Below are positions 1 through 12,676 of a stretch of 64,000 nucleotides of DNA, one piece after another. Each line of letters starts with the position of its first letter. Position 1 is the stretch's first letter. The notes below the pieces were generated by a model. The model saw nothing but the letters and a program-made list of their open reading frames with translations. It searched no databases and was not told the origin of the DNA. Made by a program: the position numbers and the translations under genes. The DNA comes from Octopus bimaculoides. Its lineage: Eukaryota. The stretch covers positions 59,275,190 to 59,339,189 of the forward strand of contig NC_068981.1 in assembly GCF_001194135.2 (NCBI RefSeq), in the 5' to 3' direction.

Positions 1-13
1 ATATATATATATA

Positions 14-330
14 TATACAAACGTATTAGAACACCCCCAATGTTTTGGGGTTCTGCTGTCTCAATGTTAATGAAACTCGTGCACATGGTAGATAATGGTA
101 TATTTCACAATATACATTAATTTTAATATCTGGTTTACCCTCCTTTAGCATCACTTACCGCTTTTATACGGTTAGGCATTGAATCAACTAGTTTCTTGCA
201 GGTGCTAGGCTCAATTTTACTCCATTCTTCTCTCAACTTTAGGTACAAATGTTCTTTATTTTTAATTGTTGTGTTCCTAATAGCTTCATCAAGAGTTCCC
301 CATGGGTGTCCATAGGTGTTGAATTGGTGT
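14..330 (-). mobile_element. 3' end of a Tc1-family DNA transposon (transposase C-terminus plus truncated terminal repeat)
   Basis: Minus-strand translation 123-305 gives WGTLDEAIRNTTIKNKEHLYLKLREEWSKIEPSTCKKLVDSMPNRIKAVSDAKGG*TRY*. This matches the Tc1 C-terminal pattern LW...L.EEW..I....C.KLV.SMP.RI.AVI.AKGG.TKY. The element ends in a (TA)n tract at the window start. Confidence 0.82.
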
Positions 331-729
331 TGAATTAGATTTATATCTCAAAGGCTCTGATTTCCAATACAGAGAGTTGCTGTTTCCGATCGCCAGCTTG
401 TAAACCGAGACTGTTTGTCTTTGAATATCCAGTGCCTGAATATATTTTTGAAATATGAAATGAAAGTTGGAAGGAAACGCTTACCGTTATGTACTTTCGT
501 TTAAAAACTTTTGTGATAAACACGTGCGAAATAGATGCTTCAAGCTCACGCCTTTGATTTCATTTCTGATTCTCGTGTTAGTATTATTATAAGTGGCATA
601 AACTCCCTACAATCGAAGTCAGGAAATTTTGTTTGTGGTTAAGCAATGTTCCAAAATATTATTTCTAAGTAATTCTTTTAATGAATAATTTTAACTTAAT
701 GTATTTAAAAACAAAACAAACAATGCGTG

Positions 730-1250
730 TGTATACAGGCGTTCATTTTGCATGCAACTGTACATACACATGTCGTTCCCGTGTATGTACTGTGAAGCTT
801 TCTTTCGAGTCCGTTTTTCAGTGCCTATGTTGAAAAGGTATAGAGAAGTACTAATTCGACGAATGCTTGAAAGGAACTCCTCTTCATGTTGTCTGTAAGA
901 AAGAACTTCCATATAATTCTAAGTCTGTCCTGGCCGTTTTGTGCTTTTGCAACCCTTACCTGGGCATCATTTTCTGTTGAAGCAATTTTACTTCTAGTTG
1001 TAGGTGTCTCAAGTGTGTAAATGCATAATTTGTTGATGTAAATGGATATACCTCAGCCTCAACCTAGGCAAAATATAGCAGGTATGGAGCCAGAATGTCT
1101 CCTTGAAGGACAGCATTTTGACTACATACATAATTGAGTCTGTTTTGTTTTGGAGAGAATAGAATATAAAGCTTTCACTTTTATATTAATAACTATGGCT
1201 GACTGGTAGGAATATTAGCTGTATGGATTCCCAGGGCTTTGTCACTATGT
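730..1250 (-). mobile_element. Decayed RTE-clade LINE reverse transcriptase fragment with internal deletion
   Basis: Minus strand gives AVLQGDILAPYL (about 1080-1125), then SKIASTENDAQVRVAKAQNGQDRLRIIWKFFLTDNMKRSSFQAFVELVLLY (about 835-1000). These resemble the RTE RT motifs GVLQGDTLAP and (YLG)S.I.STE.D...RIAKA...IWKS..L...K...F.A.VE.VLLY. Stops and frameshifts are present. Confidence 0.72.
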
Positions 1251-2610
1251 CGTTAGATAATTTAGGAGTTAGTTATATGTTTACTTATTGAATTTATTTA
1301 CCGTTTAATCCTTTCTAGAATTAATATTAAATGAATGTGCTAACATCTAAGGTATGTTTGTGCGCATATATTTATTAGCAGATTACGAAAGAAGATATCA
1401 TAGACTCTCAGTTCAGATTTAGATTTTAGTAGAGACACCACTGATACGAACACCAGTGCGTGCGTATGTATGTATATATACGTCACCTTTGATCTCTATA
1501 TAGCTTGCAGTAGTAATTTTCCATGCATTAATTTTAGAAGAGTGAAATAGGTATTTTCTCAAAATCTCATATGTATTCTAACAGGTATCACTTCAAAGCT
1601 AAACAAAGACCTTCGTAACCCTAGTTCACTCTAATTGTATGCCTCAGATTAGGATTTTGTGGCTCATTAAGAAAAAGATATCAAAAAAGTACTTAACATA
1701 TTCTTCAGCGCTTTTGCGCTCACGATAAGGCGAATTGTATGTGGAACCAAATATTCTTTTTCATGAGAGGAGTGTTGATGCAGCGGATTCTTTTCTGTAA
1801 CTCTGCAACTTTGTCTGTTATAGATCATTGTATTTTTAGATAAATTCGAGTGATGAGAGGCTGTCATTATGTTTGAAACACTGAAGAAAAGACTTTAGTC
1901 TAATAGTGGTTCACACTAAGATTTGCATCTATGATATTAGCGTCATCATATCCTTGATGTACTCATCAGAGACTTCAATGCTATCTCGTAGTCAAAGGAA
2001 AATCCTCTAAAGATTCCACCAGAAGTACGCAAGACGTTTATTGAGCATCGGCCGGAATTCATTTACACCTAATACAGAAGGGATGAAAAATGTCAGGCTG
2101 TTTCATTATGGGATCATGCATGAAGTCTTATAAACATTAGTTTGGGGTTGTCACTAGCTATGGTTATTGCATTGTGAACTACTGCAAATATATATATATA
2201 TATATATANNNNNNNNNNNNNNNNNNNNNNNNNNNNNNNNNNNNNNNNNNNNNNNNNNNNNNNNNNNNNNNNNNNNNNNNNNNNNNNNNNNNNNNNNNNN
2301 NNNNNNNNNNNNNNNNNNNNNNNNNNNNNNNNNNNNNNNNNNNNNNNNNNNNNNNNNNNNNNNNNNNNNNNNNNNNNNNNNNNNNNNNNNNNNNNNNNNN
2401 NNNNNNNNNNNNNNNNNNNNNNNNNNNNNNNNNNNNNNNNNNNNNNNNNNNNNNNNNNNNNNNNNNNNNNNNNNNNNNNNNNNNNNNNNNNNNNNNNNNN
2501 NNNNNNNNNNNNNNNNNNNNNNNNNNNNNNNNNNNNNNNNNNNNNNNNNNNNNNNNNNNNNNNNNNNNNNNNNNNNNNNNNNNNNNNNNNNNNNATATAT
2601 ATATATATAT

Positions 2611-3024
2611 AGGTGCAAGAGTGGCTGTGTGTTAAGAAGCTTCCTTCCAACCCCATGGTTCTGAGTTCAGTCACACTACGTAGCACCTTGGGCAAGTGTC
2701 TTCTACTATAGCCTCTGGTCGACTGAACTGCACGCATTCACACACACCGATGCCTTGTGAATGGATTTGGAGGATGGGAATTGAAAGAAGCACGTCGAGT
2801 GTGTATGTGTATGCTTGTCCCCCGCCACTGTTTGACAACTCGTGTTGGTGTTTTTAGGTCCCCATAACTTAGAGGTTCAAGAAAAGAGACCGATAGAACA
2901 AGTACCAGGCTTAAAATATAAAAGTAAGTACTGGGGTCGATTTATTCGACTAAAACCTCTTCAAGGCAGTACTCCAGCATGGCTGCAGTCTAATGACTGA
3001 AACAAGTAAAATAGAAATAAAAGA
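2611..3024 (+). mobile_element. tRNA-derived SINE family A (CORE-like; resembles octopus OR-type SINEs)
   Basis: Degenerate A/B-box head, core 'caccttgggcaagtgtcttctactatagcctc', internal TG microsatellite, tail 'aatgactgaaacaagtaaaa'. Eight related copies occur in the window. Confidence 0.88.
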
Positions 3025-3595
3025 AATATATATACATACATACATATATATATTTGTGTGTGTATACACACATACATATGTGTGTATGTTTACACACACA
3101 CAAGCATACATACATATCTGTGTGTTTGTTAGTGTGTGTGTCTCTGTGTGAGTGCGTGCACAGGCACACATAATGTGCCTGATTAGGAACCTGACCTTAT
3201 TTTGGAATTGGTTATTTTCTTGCCAGGAAATATTCTTTCAAAGACAAAGTTAAAGGTATATTTACTCCTAAACTAGTTTTTTGGATAAAAGCTGTTAATA
3301 TTTTTCTGAGCAGCATTAGTCTTGTTATTTTTCTCATCGGCCCCTTCTTAAAAACATGACTCTAATACGTGCAACAGAAATCAATGTGATATGGACATTT
3401 AATAAAGTAAGCTGTGACAGGAATATGTAATCTATTCTGGTGCCTTTTCCTTCTGACATCCTGATCTTCAATGCATAAACAATTAATGTACTTGCTAATA
3501 GTTTAATCAGCTAATTTGTTATCTGCTCTTCTGGAAGAAATCGAATTTATTCCTTCGCATAATATATACACTCGTCGATACGTATATACGTGTGT

Positions 3596-3683
3596 ATGTA
3601 TGTATGTAATGCATATTTGTATGTATGTATGTATGTTTGTATGTATGTATGTATGATTGTATGTATGTATGTATGTATGTATG

Positions 3684-3715
<32 letters not shown>

Positions 3716-3744
3716 CATGCATATATGTATGTATGTATGTATGT
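3596..3744. repeat. (TATG)n microsatellite
   Basis: Direct reading of the sequence. Confidence 0.97.
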
Positions 3745-3809
3745 AAAAAGTTATAAGGGTTTAAAATGTGCTAAATTTATACATAACGCTAAACTTATAT
3801 TTAAAGCAT

Positions 3810-3941
3810 TGCTTCTCAACCATATGGTTACGAGTTCAGCGTGGCACTTTGGGAAAGTTTCTTCCACTATAGTTTCGGGACGACCAAAGCCTTGAGAGTA
3901 GACTTGGTGGGAGGAAACTGAAATGAGCTCGCGCTGTATAT
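3810..3941 (+). mobile_element. SINE family A, partial copy running into a gap
   Basis: 'caaccatatggttacgagttcag...ggcactttgggaaagtttcttccactatag...gaccaaagccttg' aligns to the 5' half of the other family A copies. Confidence 0.7.
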
Positions 3942-4493
3942 NNNNNNNNNNTTTAAAAAAATAAATCTATAGTTTATTTCAGCTTATATGATAGATCTCG
4001 ACGACAGAAATCTAACCGTGTTAGTTATATGCAAAAATATTCAGTAGAAAAAATTACTGAGGTAAAAACCGGCGAAAAAAGAAAAAAAAAACAGGAGATT
4101 AACACCTGAAATCAACTTTGACTCCAAATACTATTCTTCTTTCAAAAGAAAACTATATTCAAATATAACTTTGCTGATAGATTGCGACTACGGGAATTCC
4201 ATGATGCTAATTATATATATATATATAAATTAAAATAAAAAACTACTGGGGCCAAATGTGCCGAAAACAGTGGTAACTACTTAAAGCAAATTCAAAGGCT
4301 AAACATTTTGTAACATTTTGTGTAAAAATTTTGTTTTTGTTTAGCTCATATGATAGAACTCATCAAGACAAGTGTCGGGGTGCTAACCCCCACCCCCCAA
4401 AAAAATTAAAAATGAAAAACAATATTATATAAGCTAAATGTGCCAAAAGTACGTAAAACAATTTCAAGTAATATTATTTCTTGTTACTGTACT

Positions 4494-4708
4494 AAGACGA
4501 CGAGCTGGCAGGGTCGTTAATACGCAGCGTGAAAGTCTCGCGGAATTTCGTCTGTTTCTACATTCTGAGTTCAGATTCCGCGCAGGTTGTCTTTTTCCTT
4601 TTATATTTTCGGTACTCGATAAAATGAGTATTAGCTGAGCATTGAGGTCGATGTAATCAATTTCCACCTCACTCCGGATTTGATGAACTTCTGCCAAAAT
4701 TGGAAACC
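4494..4708 (+). mobile_element. tRNA-derived SINE family C
   Basis: 'gacgagctggcag...ttctgagttcagattccgc...gataaaatgagta...gaggtcgatgtaatc...tgccaaaattggaaacc' aligns to the copies at 22172 and 61891. Confidence 0.72.
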
Positions 4709-6223
4709 AATATTGCAAAATGTTTGATTCAATTCAGTATTTAGGCATCTTGTAAAGATCTACCTCATATTCTTATAATATACTATATTGTAATAAATAT
4801 CATCCACACACTATTCTTAAGGTCAACATTTACTCACTCGTGACCACTTCTAGGCTCTGTCACTAATTCAGTTTTTTTACTGAATTTGATGCTGTTTATA
4901 CATTCTTAGATTGGTCACCCCCTAAGCTATATTTTGAGCTACAAAATTTGAAATTTGGTTCAGTAGAAAAAAAAGTTAAGATTTCAAATATGTGAGGTCA
5001 AAAAGGGGAGAATAACGCCTGAAATCGACTTCAGAGATATAAACACGACATTGCATACATACTTTCGTAAGTAAATACACACACACACGCGCACACATGC
5101 ACATACACACAAATAACTTTTAAAACGCCTATGAAGAGAAACAAAGGTGTGACGAATATGTGGCATTACTGAGGGAGGGGTAAGTTGATAGCGATTGATG
5201 ACAAGTGGACTCTTTTCTGCTGTCCATCGTTAATAAACACAGTTTTTTCAGAATTTTCTGTATCACCTCATTTTACTGACTCTCGTATTTTTGCTAAAAC
5301 AGGATTTAGAAGCTGGCATTTTCTGCATGATAGTTGTCTATCACAAAACGAAAGCAAAATAATTATACGAGGATGAATTTTTATTAAATAAACGAAAGCA
5401 AAGCATTACAACGACAAAAAGTTGTAAGAACTTCTGAACTTTTAATAAGTTTTTTGTTTGCTTTTAAACTTTAATTCAATACTAAGGTTAGCAGAATTTA
5501 GATTACTATGTCTTCGAGTAAATTGACAAGGTTCTTGCTTCCAGACAGTATGATTGGATTTTCAGAGTAGCAGGATTCAGATTTTTTTAATTTTCAGGCA
5601 AGTTGACAAGAATAATAGCTGAATTGCAGGCTTTATTTTTATTTTGCATGAATTTCGACTAACAAACTAACTTTGTCCTAACAATCGCAGGTAGCTCCTC
5701 CTGCCTTACGGTGGATACCTTTGCTATTTGTGCATTTAAACAAAATTTATATTAGCCATAGCTTTACTATTCATATGATTAGATTTTCTTTATACTATGT
5801 AGTTGATATATTCTCATACCTCTTCTTTCTAGCTCTCCCCACTATGTATAGATATAGTTCATTTATTTCTTGATTTTATAAGAAAATTAGTATTACATTA
5901 ATATTCACTATTATATAGAAAATTATTTTTCATAAGGAATTTTTGCACTTCCTTTTTTAGCGCGTTCGTATTATGCACTTTGTTTCAATATAAAAAATTT
6001 ATATACAGTGAAGATATAGGATCTGATATTTTTTACAATTATAATTACATTTCTCACTCATAAAAGTCTTATTTTAATTCAATCATCAAAAATGAAAGAG
6101 CAAAGTTAACATTAAAACATTCGCGAGTAAATTAATTATTTAAAAGCTACGAACAAACCAACAGGAGTTGCTAGAAATAACAGTCAAACAGTGCTTAAAA
6201 CAGACAATTAGTAGTTAAATAAT

Positions 6224-6390
6224 TCAAGAACGTAAGTTTGCGATAAACTCTAGGATTTTATGAAATAAATTATCTTTCTCGTATCTCCTTCAGATAGATT
6301 CCCACAGATAACGGTGTGTCTCACACCGGTGTTTGTTTCCACGCTTTAAAGATGCCCAGGTACTCTCAATTTGTTGAGTGGGAGAATTTA
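6224..6390 (-). mobile_element. Merlin / IS1595-like (ISXO2-type) transposase C-terminal remnant
   Basis: Minus strand gives PTQQIESTWASLKRGNKHRCETHRYLWESI*RRYEKDNLFHKILEFIANL. This resembles the Merlin pattern HTQ.IES.W..LK...(YL.EF.)WRRR.....F..IL..IA. Confidence 0.6.
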
Positions 6391-7919
6391 TAAACTTATA
6401 GGAAAAATAAATTTCATTTTCATAATTGATATACAAAACAATCCATATACAAAATTTGAATAAAAATGGACAAAATTGTAAGCAGTGACGAAAATCACAA
6501 AGATCCAAGTTTTATTACCACAGTTACTCCTACCCCCACCAACAACAACGACAACAATAATAAAGATGATCATAATGGTGATGATAATTGAAATGTAAAA
6601 ATCCCTGGGAAATGTTGTTTACGACATTTCTAAAAATAGCCAAACAATTACTGTTTTGGCCAGGGTCAAAATACCGGTCTCTGGACATATTCAACAAACC
6701 GTGACGCCTAAAAAAGCTTTTAAAATACATCTTGATATCAATCGAATTAATGAACTCTGGTATATCATATTAATTCGTGTAACTGAAGTAAACATTTAAT
6801 GAGAGATTCTTTTTGCTATAGTCATTTAACGAAAAACTGATATTTCAAGCACTTAACCAAACGGATTATTTGTATACAGTACGAAAAACACGTATTTCTT
6901 CTTTCTGGTGATTTTCTAGAAGCAATTAATTTCGTAAAATCTCCTCCATGAAGTGGAAAACTGTGATATATGAATTTTTGCTAACGCGATTTCTTTTTCT
7001 CTGATATTGAAGGGGCTGAATGAAATGATTTGAGTATGTCTTCAAAGTATTCCTAAAACTCAGTGGTGTTGATTTACTGAAAATAAAAGAGCCATTAAAC
7101 TAGAGTAGTCCAGTGAAATTTGAACTACTGAACATAGAAATGGAAGCTAAATATTGCAATTAGTCTAAATCGTCATGTGTGCTCTCCAAGGAAAGCCTCT
7201 TGTTTAATTAGTAACAGAAAATGTTAATTGACGTAAATCTATTAAACTATCGTATAATGTAAAAGGAAACAACTATATTTTTTATTTTACTTTTATTTCG
7301 TAACAAGACAAAACAATGAAGGCTTTGATAGCTGTTCTATAAAATTAATTGTAATAATTAATTTTTTGTTGAACAAACATTAACTTTACCATGTATACAT
7401 GGAAAAAATCGATTAAAAGTACACACAATAAATTAGTTAATAAATTATTTCTAAAATATGTTTACGTTGCATTTATTTCTCTGCAAAGAAATTATCATCT
7501 TGCGATGTTAATTTTACATAATAAAAACAAACGCCTCCTATTGTTTATTAGGTGATTTAAGACTTACAATGTGTCTTATCGTATATCTGCGTCCAAAGAT
7601 ATTAGGTGTCCAGTTTAGCAACATGTAAATAATTCTTTACACTTAAAAAATTTAGTCCTGGAACATGAATAAAATTATATCATAATTAAAATGAAGTCTA
7701 TTTTGTACTCCTGGAAATAACTATTATCGTGCGCACTTAATCTTGATTTTCCTCTAAGTGGTTTATAAACAAGAAATATTGCCAATTTTACATTGGTTCA
7801 CAAATATTCATAACAGGGTTAATGCGAGAGCACAACAAATTTCACACTATTTTATTTCTTTTTCATATTTAGTAAATTACGGATCTCAAAGTTCAGCGTT
7901 CAATCGGTTTTATAATACA

Positions 7920-7963
<44 letters not shown>

Positions 7964-9493
7964 CTAGTTTCAATAGCTATTATGTCTATTAGATGAAAAA
8001 ATTGAAACATTAAACCCGCTAGCTTAACTATAGAATAATGTTATTTCAGGGAAATAATGAATTTTAGATGCATATTGCTGTAAACGTAGACAATAAATCA
8101 GAAAGATGTAATGGATACGGGAAACATATTAAAATAAAGACAATTCGAGGATTAAAATATCAGCATTTAAATAACAAAAAAAAAAGTATAAAATAGTCTC
8201 TCCAGACGGACACAATTAATTTGATAGATAAGATCTAAAACATTACTTGGTTGTTAACATTTTATGTAGAGAAAATTAACCTCAAACTTTAAACGGAGGA
8301 AATGACTATAATGTTTATGGCTAACATATTAACCACAAACTTGGCGTAAATGTATACCCACTTCCTGTACTTTATCAGTTCTTCCTTACACAACAAAAAA
8401 GAAAGCAAAACATTGGGCTAATTATACGTTAAAACAAACATAAATATAAAGCAAAATGAAACCCACTATATTTAGAAAGAAAATAATATAATAAACAGAG
8501 CGAAATAATTCAAGATGACTGGTATGAATTTACAAGTATAAGTGATGAAATACTGAATTACATACACAAATCCTATACTCACTTAAAGGAAATTTCTTTC
8601 TTGGAGTAAGAAACAAGCCTATCAATAATTGCTCTCAAAGGGAAGGGAGATAATTTGAATAACTTTAGGGTTAATTTCACGAAGTTAATGTACATGATAT
8701 GAATGTAAAGCGAGAAAGCAAATCATAATGGAAGGGCTAAGGCAGAAGAATAAATGATAGAGTGATAAATTCAGAGCGATAGAGTGATAAATGATAAATT
8801 CAGGGGAAAAGAATTAATGTATGAAGACAGTCTTACACGTATATCACTGCTGTATATACACCTCACTTTGATGGTGAATTGAGAGTATATGGACAGGCAG
8901 AATGTGTTAGTGGGTTTATTTAGTCATTATGTTTTCCGGAAACATCAGATAGAGAAAATGAGTAAAGACCAGAACTGCATAATTTTGCTGAAGACGAAGC
9001 TTTCACCTCTGAAAATATCATATAATGTAATTATGCTGGTGTAAGGATCTTCAGCAATGTAAATGGAAATATTTCCTTTTCTCAGATGGAGTTAGGTACT
9101 TTTTAATAACTGTTTTAACTTTATTTCGTTCATTGGTATATTGCATTTTTTTTTATTACGTTGTTTTTTGTTCGGTAGAAGTCACAATATTACTTATATC
9201 ATAGTTTCTGCATTTCAATGCATAATCAACAGGTACAAGCAAATATTTTTGCATAACTCCTGGTTTAAGTTCTTGGAAGGAAAATATATTCTTTTTATTG
9301 GTACAGCAACAATAATTGAAGATTGCAGCTTAAAATAATTTTCGTTATGTATTTATCTGTAGTTAGGGAGGAAGTCTTTATCAATAAAGGATTGCAAAAA
9401 TTTGGCGGTATTAGAGTTATTAATTAGTAAAACGGATGGTGTGAGCCACAGAATATTATGCTGATTCATTTTATTTCGCGTTGGTAAGAGCTG

Positions 9494-9545
<52 letters not shown>

Positions 9546-10154
9546 GCTGTTATCTAAGGCATTCTAGTAAGTGGCTGTCTTATCAAATATTTCTTTATAA
9601 AAGGCTAAATTGGAAATATTAATGATGTTATGTATAAGATTATTGAAAACTATGGCGTTATAGCAAATGCTTACGTTGACATCTGTTGGTTTTCCATTGA
9701 GTTTATTAAAGGAGTTTTTGATAGTGGTTAGAATCACATCTAGGAACTGCTTTTAAGCTTGTAACTATCTTTATTTGTATTGCAAAATTCTGATACCACA
9801 AAATTTAGAAAAACGAAAATGTAGAATGTTATTCTAACTTGAAGTATGAAGTTCTTAAATTTTACAATGAAGAAGTCAGCAAGTTTATGATCTTGTCTGT
9901 CAATTACCAGCGGGGTTTTGAAGAGAATTTGAGAGCAAACTATATCTTAATCTGAGGGTGGGAGAGAGGAAAAAGGAAAGGAAGAAAAAGAGAGAGAAGA
10001 GCGAGAGGGAGAAAATGCAGTATAGGAAATTATTCACTTGGGTCAGTAAGACTCATCAAGAAAAGTCGTTGATATAAAACAAGGAAAGGTAGAAACAGCA
10101 TAAAATGTAATCAAAAGGAATATTCAAGAATATTTTTCTTCCTAGGTACACAGT

Positions 10155-10538
10155 GTGGAGGCGCAATGGCCCACTGGTTAGGGCAGCGAACTCGCAGTCA
10201 TAGGACTGTGGTTTCGATTCTCAGACTGGGCGTTGTGAGTGTTTATTGAGCGAAAACACCTAAAGCTCCACTAGGCCCCAGCAGGGGATGGTAGCGAACC
10301 CTGCTGTACTCTTCCACCACAACTTTTTCTCACTCTTACTTCCTGTTTCTGTTGTGCCTGTAATTCAAAGGGTCAGCCTTGTCACACTGAGTCACGCTGA
10401 ATATCTTCGAGAACTACGTTAAGGGTACACGTGCCTGTGGAGTGCTCAGCCACTTGCACGTTAATTTCATGAGCAGGCTGTTCCGTTGATCCGATCAACT
10501 GGAACCCCCGACGTCGTAACCGACGGAGTGCCAACAAC
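10155..10538 (+). mobile_element. tRNA-derived SINE (head 1 + tail X), full length, 11-bp TSD
   Basis: A box 'tggcccactgg', B-box-like 'ggtttcgattc', 3' end 'gacggagtgccaacaac'. Direct repeat aggtacacagt at 10144-10154 and 10539-10549. Confidence 0.9.
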
Positions 10539-10900
10539 AGGTACACAGTATTAAACTGATTACAACATTACCTTGTTACAGTAATAATAGCAATAATAAA
10601 AATGATAATTACAATAATAATAATAATGATGATGATAATAAGGACAACGGTTTTTATTTGCCACCAAGATTCAAGGGCAGTATAAAAGAGAAGATACAAT
10701 CGTTTGATGTTTTTGTGTTAGACGTGTAGAAATATGTAATAAAAACAATACTGTGACATTAATACAATATTTTCGTCAGCAATTGAGAAGGTGGCGATGA
10801 CAGTGGTATTTTTGTTACTACCGATGATTACAGCTGACATGGTAGTGGCGGTAGAGGTAATGGTGATGCTTTCATAATTGCTACATACTACTTTGCTTAC

Positions 10901-11160
10901 CTTGCCATTACTGTTATTATTGTTGCTGTAATTGTTAATTACTGCAGTAGCTGTTGTAATGGTGGTTGTGGTGGTGATATTAAAACCCCACTGGTATTTT
11001 TCCGTCTTTGCTTTGCTGCTGTTATTGTCCTTGTGTCTGATTTTGTTTTTGTCGTCACTGCCATTTTGTTGCGGTGGCGATGTTTGACAGGTTTTAAATA
11101 TTTTCGTTTGGCATGTTGTTGTTGTTGCTGTTGCTGCTGCAACATTTTTGTCTTTGAACT
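10901..11160 (-). CDS. Candidate internal coding exon of an unidentified gene (low-complexity, 87 aa, phase 1 to phase 0)
   Basis: Minus-strand acceptor 'tttctttctctcag|' (AG at 11161-11162) and donor 'aag|gtaagc' (GT at 10899-10900). Only one frame is open (EFKDKNVAAATATTTT...SPPQQNGSDDKNK...NNNNSNGK). No recognisable domain, and CAN-rich DNA is stop-poor by chance. Confidence 0.3.
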
Positions 11161-12054
11161 CTGAGAGAAAGAAAGTCTTCAACCGCAAGAAGAATGAAGA
11201 AAAGGAAATTTAGAAGCTTGTTCACTTTCGCCGGAAGATTCACCTCCTAACACCCCACCAGAAGGATGTTGTGAAAGACGACACGATCGTTTAAATTACT
11301 GTTTTTTTTTCAAATATTTTCAACACCTTGTCTTAAATATTATCCTCGGGGCGGAAAGAAACCAGCTAACCTGGTAGGTTTCTTGTTATCTTAACCATAA
11401 AATATTTCGCAATAATGTACAATAAAATGTATCTAAAAGACAGACAACAAACTAAATGTACACAGAAAGAACGCTTTCAAGTAAACAAGCTTCTTAGTTG
11501 GTTTAAGAAATTAAGTTTATGAGTTGAGAATATATGGATCATGCACATGTTTATGATATTGGATATATACTTGCGCAAGTGGATTCGTTTTCAGGGTGGC
11601 TAGGTGTTTTCGGTGGAAAAATCTCAACCATAATACAGAAATTACAAGTCATTTTGTTATATCTCACAATAAAGGCCTTAGTGTCAGACAACTCAGCCCA
11701 CTTGATTTCTTGACTTATCTGCAAACTATGTTATAGATAGTCGTCCTTACATAACACACTCCTTACAAAACACAGCTACATTACAGGTAATCAGATTGGA
11801 TGGCGGAGCAAATAGATCAAAATAATCTCTTTACACAGAGAAGGATTCCAGTAACTTTTATACACCGGTTACTTTTCAACTATCATATGATTCCTTGTAC
11901 TGACATATTAGGAAATTCTGCCTTGGTGGCGTACCAGATCCTCAAAGTTTTGACAGATGTGATTTTCTATTAAAGAGAAATATAAACTTCTGAAATAGGA
12001 AATGCGAAGCTATTAATGAGAATAAAATCCTTTTCTAACGTGATTATCCACGTA

Positions 12055-12216
12055 TATATGTATGTATGTAAGTATGTATGTATGTATGTATGTATGTATG
12101 TATGTATGTATGTATGTATGTATGTATGTATGCATGCATGCATGCATGTATGTATGTATGTATGTTTGTATGTATGTATGTATGTATGTATGTATGTATG
12201 CATGCATGCATGGATG

Positions 12217-12250
<34 letters not shown>

Positions 12251-12616
12251 TATATATATGTTCTATGTATGTATTCCCATGCATATAGTTGCATATCTAG
12301 GCATGCTCATATATATTTAAATGATAAACTCCTGGAAAGTTTTACAGATTTTTACAGTTCCAGTGATGGATTGGATCTGTTGTCTTCGAATTAGATTTCC
12401 CCTTTCTAGTTTTGAGAAACCTAATTTCTCAAGATTGGTATTTAGGCTGTGTTTTACACATGTATGTATGTATGTATATATGTATTTATGTATGTATGTA
12501 TGTATGTATGTATGTATGTATGTATGTAGTTATGTATGTATGTATATATGTATGTATGTATGTATGTTTGTATGAATGAATGTAAGTATATTTATATATT
12601 TATATATCTGAGCCTG

Positions 12617-12676
<60 letters not shown>
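12055..12676. repeat. Compound microsatellite block: (TATG)n 12055-12270 and 12461-12575, (TATC)n 12616-12676
   Basis: Direct reading of the sequence. Confidence 0.95.

Noticed and set aside
2114-2737. Long ORFs containing X runs (also at 29889, 32565-33691, 36388-37105, 40088-40556, 41909-42283, 49060-49617, 50058-50644, 58162-58463 and 62252-62823)
   Set aside because: They are open only because N gaps and flanking microsatellites contain no stop codons.
3503-3895. ORFs made of YI, HT, CV, MYVC, LS, RE or YLSI repeats throughout the window
   Set aside because: These are translations of (TA)n, (CA)n, (TATG)n, (GA)n and (TATC)n microsatellites.
8915-9013. Possible minus-strand terminal exon VKASSSAKLCSSGLYSFSLSDVSGKHND*
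   Set aside because: It joins the 10.9-kb candidate exon in frame only through a rare GAG acceptor, and there is no homology or other support.
10157-10235. tRNA-like sequences with A/B boxes (also at 15740, 29870-29947 and 42670-42741)
   Set aside because: They continue into SINE bodies, have TSDs and lack a proper acceptor stem, so they are SINE heads and not tRNA genes.
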